NCBI GenBank assembly: GCA_024280395.1
Contig: JAJRQG010000150.1
Span: 2,091 to 66,090 of the forward strand
Origin: Gammaproteobacteria bacterium
GTDB taxonomy: Bacteria; Pseudomonadota; Gammaproteobacteria; Xanthomonadales; Marinicellaceae
Length of the DNA: 64,000 nt
Direction of reading: 5' to 3'
Shown: piece after piece, positions 1 through 9,569 of the stretch
How the letters are laid out: each line of letters begins with the position of its first letter
Position numbering within the stretch: position 1 is the stretch's first letter
Notes under the pieces: model-generated
Databases searched by the model: none
The model's input: only the letters and a program-made list of their open reading frames with translations
What the model was told of the DNA's origin: nothing
Made by a program: the position numbers and the translations under genes

Positions 1-402
1 GCGATCGGCAATGGTTTTTTCAATAGCGCCGATTGTGACTGCGCCAAATCCAATATTTAGGGTGCAAGCTTGCTCACACAATCGGTCTTGTGGGCACACT
101 CTGCCACATATTTCTGGTAAGGGATTTGTGGCATGCATCAATGCTGCTGCCTTTTCAAATTGATTGTTGCTGACCATTTCCAACCAATCAGGAATATAAT
201 TGTGCAGTGGGCACTTCCATTCACAATAGGGATTGCCACAATCTAGGCAGCGGTCTGCTTGTACTTTTAAATTGTCATCGTTGTTTTTAAAATATATTTC
301 ATTAAAATCACCCAATCGAGCTTGTGACTCTCTTTTATTGGCCAATTGTCGGTCTTGTTTTAAAAAGCTCAAGTTGTTGCCAGCAATGAATTTGTCACTC
401 AT
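1..402 (-). CDS. gltD: glutamate synthase small subunit (NADPH), N-terminal part; the gene runs off the left edge
   Basis: My translation of the minus strand from ATG 402-400: MSDKFIAGNNLSFLKQDRQLANKRES...DRCLDCGNPYCEWKCPLHNYIPDWL...EICGRVCPQDRLCEQAC. These are the two Cys clusters of the GltD N-terminus. The start overlaps the gltB stop as ATGA. Confidence 0.85.
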   Translation of the reverse strand, partial: MSDKFIAGNNLSFLKQDRQLANKRESQARLGDFNEIYFKNNDDNLKVQADRCLDCGNPYCEWKCPLHNYIPDWLEMVSNNQFEKAAALMHATNPLPEICGRVCPQDRLCEQACTLNIGFGAVTIGAIEKTIADR

Positions 403-3400
403 GAGGCGTTCCTGACTTTTATGGGCAAGGGCTTTTCTAAAGTTAAAGGCGATGCTTTTTTGGGCACAACTACTTTAAACGCATCAATATAATTTTCAAA
501 ATTATTGTTTAATTTACTGGCCCAACGGCTGCCCGTTTTATCAATGTGTTTTTCAATTAATAATTTTAACTCGTTGGCCAAATCGTCGTTTTCTTGTTCA
601 GCGATATCGATAATTTCAACCGTTTCATCATTGATCTGTTGTTGCAAAATATCAAAATCATCAAACACAAAGGCTTTACCACCGGTCATTCCTGCACCAA
701 AATTTTCACCCACAGGCCCCAAAACTACGACCGTACCACCGGTCATATACTCACACCCGTGATCTCCTACTCCTTCAACTACGGTGGTTACTCCAGAATT
801 TCTAACCGCAAATCGTTCGCCAGCCTGGCCTGCAGCAAATAATTCACCGCCAGTTGCACCATACAAACAGGTGTTGCCAATAATAGCCGAACGACTGGGT
901 ATATAACTGATATTTTGGGATGGAAACACGCTGATACACCCGCCACTCATGCCTTTTCCGACATAATCATTGGCATCGCCTTGTAGATTTAATTCAACGC
1001 CTTGAAAATTCCAGACACCAAAACTTTGCCCTGCGATGCCTTCAAAATTCAAAGACAATTGATGATTTTCTTTGTGGTGATGTTTTGCCAGGTATCCTGA
1101 AATTGTAGCACCCACAGAACGGTCGTAATTATTGATTTTGTAGCTCTGGGTCAGTGTTGTATGTTTATTGCAGACTTTAAAATCATCCAATATTCTCTGA
1201 TTCAATACTCCCTTATCAAAAGGATTATTGCGCATACCTTTATAATGTGCAGCTCCGGTTTTTGGGCGCTTGGCAGCATTTAAAATTTTTGATAAATCTA
1301 GGTTCTCGTGTTTACTGGTTGTTCCATTTAACAATTGCAATAAATCTGTTCGACCAATTAAATTATCTAGGCTTTCAACTCCCAAGTTGATTAGCCAATG
1401 CCTGACTTCATTGGCCACAAATTCAAAATAGAGAATCACTTTTTCGGGCAAACCTGTGAAATGTTTATCACGCAATGTTTTGTTTTGAGTAGCAATGCCT
1501 GTTGCACAATTGTTTAAATGACAAATACGCAAGTATTTACAACCCAGAGCCACCATCGGCCCTGTACCAAAACCAAAACTATCAGCTCCCAATATGGCAC
1601 CTTTGATTACATCTAAGCCTGTTTTTAATCCACCATCCACTTGCAAACAAATTTTATCGCGTAAGTTGTTTTCTATTAATGCTTGATGGGTTTCTGCCAA
1701 ACCCAATTCCCAAGGATTGCCGGCATATTTAACCGAAGTTAATGGGCTAGCACCCGTTCCGCCATCATGACCGGCAATGGTAATCATATCGGCATTGGCC
1801 TTTGCCACACCTGCGGCAATGGTTCCCACTCCAGGACCTGAGACCAGTTTGACTGAAATTAAGGCATCGGGGTTGACTTGTTTTAAATCGAAAATTAACT
1901 GGGACAAATCTTCGATTGAATAAATATCGTGGTGTGGTGGTGGTGAGATTAAAGTTGTGCCTGGAATGGCATTGCGCAATTTGGCAATTTCTACCGTGAC
2001 TTTTTTTCCTGGTAGTTGTCCACCTTCTCCGGGTTTTGCCCCTTGGGCAACTTTGATTTGCAATACTTCTGCATTCACCAAATAACGTGCATTCACCCCA
2101 AAACGTCCAGAGGCAACTTGTTTTATTTTTGAGTTTCTGTCTGTATTAAAGCGCTTGGTGTCCTCTCCTCCTTCTCCAGAGTTTGATCGGCCACCTATGT
2201 GATTCATGGCAATGGCCAATGATTCATGAGCCTCAGGGCTCAATGCACCAATAGACATGGCTGCAGAATCAAAACGTTTTAATATTTTGGTCGTGGGTTC
2301 AACCAATGATTCATTTATAGGCTCTTTGGCCAATTTTAATTGCATCAAATCTCGTAAGGTTGCCACTTGGCGATTATTCACAGCACGGGAAAATTGATCA
2401 TAATCGGCTTGTTCACCACTGTTGACTGCTTGTTGTAAGAGACTGACGACGTCTGGATTGTAACAGTGGTATTCTCCACCATGTACATATTTGAATTGAC
2501 CACCGCGTTGCATATCAACCTGACCACGCCATGCTCGGTTGTGGCATTTTAACGCATCATTGTGCAAATCCTCAAATGTCGCTCCACCAATGCGTGACTC
2601 TAATTGACCAAAGCATAAGTCCATAACCGTTTGGTGAATGCCAAGGATTTCAAATAAACGAGAATTTCGATAACTGCCAATGGTTGAAATGCCCATTTTG
2701 GATAAGATTTTTAACAAACCCTTCTCCAAACTTTTGAAATAATTTTCTCTGGCAGTAATTAAGCCATCTTTTAAACTGCCTTCAAGCGACAATTGATTGA
2801 TAGTCTGCATAGCCAAATAAGGGTAAATCGCTGTTGCACCCAAGCCAATTAGGACCGCAAAATGATGCGCGTCGCGTGCTGTTGCTGTTTCAACAATAAT
2901 ATTAACATTTAAACGCAATCCTTCATCAATCATACGCGAGTTGACCGCGCCTACTGCCAATGCAGCATGAATCGGCAAAGTGGTTTCGTTAATATCTCTA
3001 TCAGTTAATTTCAAAATCACACAACCCTTATTGACCAAATCTACCGCATCATCACAAAGTTTTTTGATGGCTTTTTCCAGAGATTCATAAATAGGATAAT
3101 TAATAGACAGTGCTTGATATTGATAATATTTTTGGTCCAAGGCTTTGATTTGCTGTAGTTTGGCGAAATTGATAATGGGCTGTGAAATAATTGCCCTATA
3201 TGCCAAACCATTGGTTTCTTGAAATAAATTGTGCTCTCGGCCAAAACAGGTTTCCAAGGACATCACCGATTTTTCTCGCAATGAGTCAATCGGTGGATTG
3301 GTTACTTGGGCAAATTGCTGACGGAAATAATCAAACAAATTGCGGCTTTTCTGCGACAATACTGCCACGGGCGTATCATCTCCCATCGAACTGGTGGCTT

Positions 3401-4844
3401 CTTGAGAGTTATCTGCCATCACTTTGATGACCTGCAAGGTTTCTTCTGTGCTTAAATTGAATAATTTTTGATACGAAGCAATATTTTTCATATCGGTGGC
3501 AATATAATTGTTCGCTCCTTCTCTTTCTAATTTTCTGTTTGAACGCAGACGCAAAGTATTCTCACGCAACCATTGGCGATAAGGCTGACGATTCTTTAGC
3601 ATATCATCTATCTTATTGGTTCTCCAAATTTCACCACTGACAATATCTGCTGCCAACATTTCTCCAGGGCCAACTCTACCCTTTTCCACCACATCTTGTT
3701 CTTTGTAATCCCAAACACCAACCTCGGATGCTACTGTTAAAATATCATCGTTGGTAATCACGTATCGAGCTGGTCGCAACCCATTTCTGTCTAAGGTACA
3801 AGCAATTTTATCGCCATTGGTCATGACTATGCCTGCAGGCCCATCCCAAGCTTCCATGTGCATGGAGTTAAATTCATAAAATGCGCGCAAATCGGCATCC
3901 ATATTTTTGCGTTTTTTCCAAGCAGGTGGAATCAACAAGCGCAAAGCCCGGAATATATCCATACCACCAACCAACAATACTTCTAACATATTGTCTAAAG
4001 AAGAAGAATCCGATCCCTGCTCATTGACCAAATGACTCAATTGAGGCAAATCGGGTATAAGCGGTGTAAATAATCGATTGCTCCGTGCTTTTGCCCATGT
4101 TCGGTTGGCATTGATGGTATTGATTTCACCATTGTGTGCTAAATAACGGAAGGGTTGAGCAAATTTCCAAAGTGGTGCTGTATTGGTTGAAAATCGTTGA
4201 TGAAACAAACAAATAGCTGATTGCATTTTTTCATCCGCCAAATCAGGATAAAACTGACTGAGATTCGCAGGAATGACTAACCCCTTATAAATAATCAACT
4301 TTGTGGATAAGGAGCACACGTAGTACTCTTCGTCATCAATTAAGTCTGATGCTCTCCTACGAGCCATAAACAACCGACGCTCCATATCATCGGCACTCCA
4401 ACCCACTGGAGATTTGACATAAACTTGTTCAATTTTGGGCAATGAGTCTTTGGCTGTCTCGCCACAAACCGAAACATCAATAGGAACATTGCGCCAGCCC
4501 AATATAGTTAACGTTTCACGTCTTAATTCTTTCTCTAATATATGACGTGCCTTTTTGGCTTTGACTTCATCAGAATTGAGAAAAATTTGCCCTACAGCCA
4601 ATTCCGCATCAATAGGATAGCCGAATTCCTTAGCAATAGGTTTAAAGAAAGCACTGGAAATCTGAATAGTAATACCACAACCATCCCCGGTCTTTCCATC
4701 TTCATTGACCACACCGCGGTGTGTCATCCGCGTCAGTGCATTGATGGCTGTACGTATCAATTGTTGGCTGGGTTTGCCCTTTAACTGAGCAATCAACCCA
4801 AAACCGCAACTGTCTTTTGCTTGAGAATGATGGTATAAACTCAT
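399..4844 (-). CDS. gltB: glutamate synthase large subunit
   Basis: 1481-aa ORF. It has an N-terminal Ntn-amidotransferase start (..DSCGFGLIAQL), a central FMN/Fe-S region and a C-terminal GXGXG-type region (GDHGCEYMTGG). It is followed directly by gltD. Confidence 0.95.
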   Translation of the reverse strand: MSLYHHSQAKDSCGFGLIAQLKGKPSQQLIRTAINALTRMTHRGVVNEDGKTGDGCGITIQISSAFFKPIAKEFGYPIDAELAVGQIFLNSDEVKAKKARHILEKELRRETLTILGWRNVPIDVSVCGETAKDSLPKIEQVYVKSPVGWSADDMERRLFMARRRASDLIDDEEYYVCSLSTKLIIYKGLVIPANLSQFYPDLADEKMQSAICLFHQRFSTNTAPLWKFAQPFRYLAHNGEINTINANRTWAKARSNRLFTPLIPDLPQLSHLVNEQGSDSSSLDNMLEVLLVGGMDIFRALRLLIPPAWKKRKNMDADLRAFYEFNSMHMEAWDGPAGIVMTNGDKIACTLDRNGLRPARYVITNDDILTVASEVGVWDYKEQDVVEKGRVGPGEMLAADIVSGEIWRTNKIDDMLKNRQPYRQWLRENTLRLRSNRKLEREGANNYIATDMKNIASYQKLFNLSTEETLQVIKVMADNSQEATSSMGDDTPVAVLSQKSRNLFDYFRQQFAQVTNPPIDSLREKSVMSLETCFGREHNLFQETNGLAYRAIISQPIINFAKLQQIKALDQKYYQYQALSINYPIYESLEKAIKKLCDDAVDLVNKGCVILKLTDRDINETTLPIHAALAVGAVNSRMIDEGLRLNVNIIVETATARDAHHFAVLIGLGATAIYPYLAMQTINQLSLEGSLKDGLITARENYFKSLEKGLLKILSKMGISTIGSYRNSRLFEILGIHQTVMDLCFGQLESRIGGATFEDLHNDALKCHNRAWRGQVDMQRGGQFKYVHGGEYHCYNPDVVSLLQQAVNSGEQADYDQFSRAVNNRQVATLRDLMQLKLAKEPINESLVEPTTKILKRFDSAAMSIGALSPEAHESLAIAMNHIGGRSNSGEGGEDTKRFNTDRNSKIKQVASGRFGVNARYLVNAEVLQIKVAQGAKPGEGGQLPGKKVTVEIAKLRNAIPGTTLISPPPHHDIYSIEDLSQLIFDLKQVNPDALISVKLVSGPGVGTIAAGVAKANADMITIAGHDGGTGASPLTSVKYAGNPWELGLAETHQALIENNLRDKICLQVDGGLKTGLDVIKGAILGADSFGFGTGPMVALGCKYLRICHLNNCATGIATQNKTLRDKHFTGLPEKVILYFEFVANEVRHWLINLGVESLDNLIGRTDLLQLLNGTTSKHENLDLSKILNAAKRPKTGAAHYKGMRNNPFDKGVLNQRILDDFKVCNKHTTLTQSYKINNYDRSVGATISGYLAKHHHKENHQLSLNFEGIAGQSFGVWNFQGVELNLQGDANDYVGKGMSGGCISVFPSQNISYIPSRSAIIGNTCLYGATGGELFAAGQAGERFAVRNSGVTTVVEGVGDHGCEYMTGGTVVVLGPVGENFGAGMTGGKAFVFDDFDILQQQINDETVEIIDIAEQENDDLANELKLLIEKHIDKTGSRWASKLNNNFENYIDAFKVVVPKKASPLTLEKPLPIKVRNAS

Positions 4845-4956
4845 GTCTTATCCTATTGTTATTCCTTATCATAGCAGAATTTAAACAATCGATTGATTGA
4901 TAGTTTTTATAAGATACATAAGATGTTTTTATGTTTCTTAAGGTAACGCATTGAAG

Positions 4957-5385
4957 CTATTTGTAATTTAGCTCCCTAAACCTTTCGCATATAGTTCTAA
5001 TATCGGGATTTTCTACAGCAAAGACAATATCATTCATCAGGCGATTTAATTCGTCAAAGTCCAATACTGACAGAACCTTACCCATGATTTCTTGGTCTGT
5101 TTGAGCATAAACTTTGGTTCCATTTTTTAAAGTTATTTCAACAGCAGCAGCGCCATATTCCCCTTCGATTTCAGGATTTTCTTTTTCATACATTTCTTGA
5201 TCTTGATCAAATAATTCATCGTAATAAGCACTGATATTTCCCTCTATTTCATCTTCTATATCTTCAGATAAATGCACTTCCCAGGCCGGTTCGTCGGCCA
5301 CCAACAAAGTTTCTATATCCAATGAACGGGCATATCTAGCAAATTTGTCTGCCAATACTTTATGAAAAAAAACATATTCAAGCAT
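4957..5385 (-). CDS. hypothetical acidic protein, about 142 aa from the internal ATG
   Basis: ORF track 4957..5409. The ATG at 5385 overlaps the stop of the upstream gene by 1 nt (TAATG). Very D/E-rich centre, no recognisable motif. Confidence 0.5.
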   Translation of the reverse strand: MLEYVFFHKVLADKFARYARSLDIETLLVADEPAWEVHLSEDIEDEIEGNISAYYDELFDQDQEMYEKENPEIEGEYGAAAVEITLKNGTKVYAQTDQEIMGKVLSVLDFDELNRLMNDIVFAVENPDIRTICERFRELNYK

Positions 5386-6305
5386 TAAAATATCTCCCCA
5401 ACCATGCAACGCAATGAACCACCCGCTTTCTCTAATTCAGAAACTTGCACATGGTGTAAATTAAACCCCCAAGATTCTAGCTTGTCTTTTTTATCTTGTG
5501 ACAAAGTTTCAAAAGCCGTGGTACTTAAAAACAAATCATTTTCTGTAATGGTAATGCCATTCCCTGCAAATGCCAATTTTTCTTCATCTGTCAAGAAAAC
5601 AGTTTTGCCTTTATAAAATTCTGCTATCGCTTTTGGTACATCTGGATCTGCAAATGAATCAGCGTGAATCATACAGGCTTTTCCTGCCAAACAAGCCAAT
5701 ACCACATTGGTGTGATATTCACCTTCTGCCAAATCAAACTGAAACATCAGCTCCAAATCAAACATCTCATGCATGGCTTCTGCACCGGCATCATCAACTC
5801 GTTCGGTCATGCCGCAAAACCCAATATTTCGTGCTCTGTCTGGAACCAGAACACCCGTTAGTTCGGCAATTCCCTCATTGCGCTTGATGTGATGCCTTTT
5901 ATAACCCAGCATTTCATCAAAGAACATATTGATGTCTTTGCGCTCAGTCTCTTTCTGTCGATTAGAATGCAACATAGCACCAACAATATATTTATTGCCA
6001 TGTGCGGTGGCAAATGCATTGTTAGGAAAAACCGCATCAGGCGTTTCCTCTGAACCAGGAAAAGTCATCACAGGAATACCACAATCAGAAATTTTGCGTG
6101 CCAAATTCATCTGTTGAACTATCGCCAAATCAGCATCGGTTTCTTGGTCCATTTGCATATATTCATTGTCCGAGGCAGTTTGTTCATCCAATGAAAATCC
6201 AACCGGTGAAACCATAAATGCAGCTTTCATCGCACTCGCTTGCTTGATGGGGTATTGGTTTTCAGTGATGGCTTTTAAAAATTCTTCGGGTGTTTTAACT
6301 ATCAT
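5385..6305 (-). CDS. amidinotransferase / guanidino-group-modifying enzyme superfamily protein (arginine deiminase/DDAH/citrullinase-like)
   Basis: C-terminal ...AGGSLRCMVGEIF with the catalytic-type Cys characteristic of this pentein fold, plus length. The track start at 6314 is TTG; the first ATG is at 6305. Confidence 0.7.
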   Translation of the reverse strand: MIVKTPEEFLKAITENQYPIKQASAMKAAFMVSPVGFSLDEQTASDNEYMQMDQETDADLAIVQQMNLARKISDCGIPVMTFPGSEETPDAVFPNNAFATAHGNKYIVGAMLHSNRQKETERKDINMFFDEMLGYKRHHIKRNEGIAELTGVLVPDRARNIGFCGMTERVDDAGAEAMHEMFDLELMFQFDLAEGEYHTNVVLACLAGKACMIHADSFADPDVPKAIAEFYKGKTVFLTDEEKLAFAGNGITITENDLFLSTTAFETLSQDKKDKLESWGFNLHHVQVSELEKAGGSLRCMVGEIF

Positions 6306-6379
6306 GATTAACAATCAATTAAATAAAAGACTATTATGCGCTATTCATTTGTGCAAATAAAGTAGAATTCAATTAGCTA

Positions 6380-7336
6380 TTACAATTTATCCCGGTGTTT
6401 CTTTCCAAATGCCAACAATGACCAAGAATCAGGAGGTTTTGTAACAAAAGTTCCTGCATTGATTTTAAAACCAGATTGCTCATTTGGATTAAGACTTGAG
6501 TTGCTGACAAAACTATCAGCTAATCCAATGGTGTTTCCTTGTTGGTCTTTTGCAATTGCTACCACTCTGATGAAATCTACTTGAAAATCATGGGTATTTT
6601 TAACATCTCCAATGATTTCAACATTAATCTTGCTGTTGTTTTTTGGCTTAACTATAAACTCAACCACTTCAATGTTTTGTTGGTCTGCTTTTAAATAGCT
6701 AGAAAGACTGCCCATGCCTTTTATTTCATGTTTGTAATTCACTTTTGGTGGATTGGCAACATATACCAGTACTTCTGTTTGCATACCTGGTTCTAGATGA
6801 ATGATTTTAGCCCAGCCTTTTTGTTCTTCAATGCGTTTATTGCTTTCATCAAATAGACTGACAATTACTCCTGGACGAAATACAGTTTGCTTGCTATCGT
6901 TGCGGATCGTGACTATCCAATATAACCCGCCAATGATTGTTTTTCCTTGAACTTGACGAACGATTGAAACTTTGGGAGTTTCAGTCGTTCTTTTTTGAGT
7001 TAAATCTCCTTTAGTAATTGTTATCGCCTTACTATTTATTTTTGGTAGATTGAAGTTAACATTGGGTACACCAATTTTGGGCAGTTTAATCCTGGTAACG
7101 ATTGGAGAATCATTTTTGTTCTGTTGAATAAAATAGAATCCCAAAACACCACCCACTAAAATCAACACCAATAAGGACACAATTAATCTTGAATACGGAA
7201 AAACTCTTGTTGGGTTGTTCTTGGATTTTAATAACAACTTGGAACCACAGTGACTGCATTCTGCTAATTCTTCGTTCTCAGTTTCTACTACTGATGAACC
7301 GCAAGAAGGACATTTTAGTATTTTAAAATCTAGCAT
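6380..7336 (-). CDS. zinc-ribbon membrane protein with duplicated periplasmic beta-sandwich (FxLYD/DUF3426-like) region
   Basis: N-terminal CPSCGS...CSHCGS ribbon, one TM segment (LIVSLLVLILVGGVLGFYFI), then two similar modules (..VIVSLFDESNKRI.. and ..VVAIAKDQQGNTI..). Confidence 0.6.
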   Translation of the reverse strand: MLDFKILKCPSCGSSVVETENEELAECSHCGSKLLLKSKNNPTRVFPYSRLIVSLLVLILVGGVLGFYFIQQNKNDSPIVTRIKLPKIGVPNVNFNLPKINSKAITITKGDLTQKRTTETPKVSIVRQVQGKTIIGGLYWIVTIRNDSKQTVFRPGVIVSLFDESNKRIEEQKGWAKIIHLEPGMQTEVLVYVANPPKVNYKHEIKGMGSLSSYLKADQQNIEVVEFIVKPKNNSKINVEIIGDVKNTHDFQVDFIRVVAIAKDQQGNTIGLADSFVSNSSLNPNEQSGFKINAGTFVTKPPDSWSLLAFGKKHRDKL

Positions 7337-7344
7337 AAATAAAC

Positions 7345-7722
7345 TTACCTAAAAAAACTAGACAATATCCCTGTAAAAATAGAAATAATCACATACCATT
7401 TTAAAATAGAAAACCAAATGGGCTTATTTGATTTCTTTAAGGGTGTCTTTTCGCTTTTTGTTATATTTTTAGTCTTGGTTCTTGATGTATGGATTGTGCC
7501 TGTTTCATGAGATAATTTTTGAGTTTTCAATTGTCTGAGTTTACTTAGCAAAGTGGTTAATTCTGGCGTGGAATCTAGTTTTCGAGTAATAGCATTCCCA
7601 CTTTGCTTTGTGTTGATGCTAAATTGATAGCCACATTGCACACATTTTCTCAGTTTTTCACCCTCTAATTCTGTCAAGGATGCATTGCATTTTTTACACT
7701 TTACTATTCTAAATTCACTCAC
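7345..7722 (-). CDS. zinc-ribbon, C-terminally membrane-anchored small protein
   Basis: CKKCNA...CVQCG ribbon, a K/S/T-rich linker and a C-terminal TM (WFSILKWYVIISIFTGILSSFF). GTG start overlaps the dusA stop by 8 nt. Confidence 0.5.
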   Translation of the reverse strand: MSEFRIVKCKKCNASLTELEGEKLRKCVQCGYQFSINTKQSGNAITRKLDSTPELTTLLSKLRQLKTQKLSHETGTIHTSRTKTKNITKSEKTPLKKSNKPIWFSILKWYVIISIFTGILSSFFR

Positions 7723-8674
7723 AAATTAATCCCCTTGCTTCTTCAAATACCATCAAATCTTTGTCTCTTTTGGGTGCATGTGTCACCAAATGGCTTTTCC
7801 ACTTTTTATTGCCAGGGATACCATGATAAAGATTCAACACTGGCGGTAACAACCAATGTAGTTTAACACCTTTACTTAATTGGGATTCACAATATTGAAT
7901 ATATTTTTTTAATACGCGGTCACGACTATTTGCACCTTTGGTATTGAACAATTGATTCTGTAATTCATACAACATCCAAGGATTGTTCCAAATTGCCCTA
8001 CCCAACATAACACCATCGACTTGTTTTAAATGTTGTTGTGTTTCTTGTAGACTGTTAATACCACCATTAATCACAATGGTCAATTCAGGAAAATATTGTT
8101 TAATGCGATAGACAAAATCATAATTGAGCGGCGGAATACTTCTGTTTTGTTTTGGGCTCAATCCTTTTAACAATGCCTTTCGTGCATGAATAATAAGCGT
8201 TTTCATGCCCGTATCGGCAAGGACTTCTACAAAACCCTTTAGATTCTCAAAACTATCATTGTTATCAACGCCTATGCGGCATTTCACAGTTATAGGGATA
8301 TCAACCACATTCATCATAGCAGAAATGCACTCTGCTACCAATGGTGGCTCATTCATCAGACATGCACCAAACCGCCCTTTTTGTACCCTATCACTGGGAC
8401 AGCCCACATTTAAATTCACCTCGTCATAACCAAATTCTTCAGCTATCACACAGCTTTTTGCCAAGTCACTGGCATTTGAACCGCCCAATTGTAAGACCAA
8501 CGGATGCTCCGATGAGTTGTACCCTATATACTTTTGTTTGTCCCCCTGTAAAATTGCAGGAGTGGTAATCATTTCTGAATACAACAGCACATCTTTTGAT
8601 ATCAACCGGTGTAAATACCGACAATGTTTATCTGTCCAATCTAACATCGGTGCAACTGAAAGCGTATGGTTCAT
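7715..8674 (-). CDS. dusA: tRNA-dihydrouridine synthase A
   Basis: N-terminus MNHTLSVAPMLDWTDKHCRYLHRLIS and TIM-barrel Dus motifs (LNVGCPSDRVQ.GRFGACLM). Confidence 0.9.
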   Translation of the reverse strand: MNHTLSVAPMLDWTDKHCRYLHRLISKDVLLYSEMITTPAILQGDKQKYIGYNSSEHPLVLQLGGSNASDLAKSCVIAEEFGYDEVNLNVGCPSDRVQKGRFGACLMNEPPLVAECISAMMNVVDIPITVKCRIGVDNNDSFENLKGFVEVLADTGMKTLIIHARKALLKGLSPKQNRSIPPLNYDFVYRIKQYFPELTIVINGGINSLQETQQHLKQVDGVMLGRAIWNNPWMLYELQNQLFNTKGANSRDRVLKKYIQYCESQLSKGVKLHWLLPPVLNLYHGIPGNKKWKSHLVTHAPKRDKDLMVFEEARGLICE

Positions 8675-8783
8675 GAATTAAAGAATAAAAAAACAGTATT
8701 GTAAGACATTTTGAATAATTTAAGTTCACAGAAAGCCAAGTTATCTGTAAAATTGATGTTTTATTAGATTTGAGAGTCGCACA

Positions 8784-9512
8784 ATGGGAAGAGCCTACCA
8801 AAACCGCAAAGAATCCATGGCAAAAACATCAGACATGAATGCCAGAATATACAGTAAACATTCTCGTGGCATCTATGTTTGTGCAAAATCTGGAGGAACT
8901 GATCCTGATGGAAATTTGGCACTTAGAACCTTAATAGAACGTGCAAAACGTGACCAAGTTCCCGCACATGTCATAAAAAAAGCCGTTGATAAAGCATTAG
9001 GTGGTGGCGGTGAAGATTTTGCTGTTGCACGTTATGAAGGTTATGGCCCTGGAAAGTGTATGGTCATTGTTGATTGTTTAACGGACAATCCAAACCGTAC
9101 TTTTGGCGATGTACGTTTGGCTTTTACCAAAACCAATTGCAATATCGGCACTCAAGGCAGTGTCTCACACATGTTTGATCACGATGCCATCTTTGTCTTT
9201 AATGCTGATGGCAAAAATGATGAAGATATTTTAGAAATATTAATGGAAGCCGATGTTGATGTTACTGATGTTGAGTGCGAAGATGGTAAGATCAGCGTGT
9301 TTTCTCCCAATACAGAGTATTTCAACACCAAAAACGCCTTGATTGATACATTGGGTGAAATTGAATTTGAGGTGGATGAAATTCAATTTATACCTCAATC
9401 AACTGTTGAGATTACAGACGAAGAAGATTTGGCCATGTTTGAGAAATTCAATGACATGCTAGAAGATTTAGAAGATGTACAACATGTTTTCCACAACGCA
9501 ATTATTGCTTAG
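8784..9512 (+). CDS. YebC/PmpR family DNA-binding transcriptional regulator
   Basis: [25 protein letters not shown].. and overall YebC-like layout, 242 aa. Confidence 0.85.
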   Translation: MGRAYQNRKESMAKTSDMNARIYSKHSRGIYVCAKSGGTDPDGNLALRTLIERAKRDQVPAHVIKKAVDKALGGGGEDFAVARYEGYGPGKCMVIVDCLTDNPNRTFGDVRLAFTKTNCNIGTQGSVSHMFDHDAIFVFNADGKNDEDILEILMEADVDVTDVECEDGKISVFSPNTEYFNTKNALIDTLGEIEFEVDEIQFIPQSTVEITDEEDLAMFEKFNDMLEDLEDVQHVFHNAIIA

Positions 9513-9569
9513 ACAAAGTTAATAGAGGTATATTCATCACTAAAACGGTTAGAATCTAACCCACACTGA

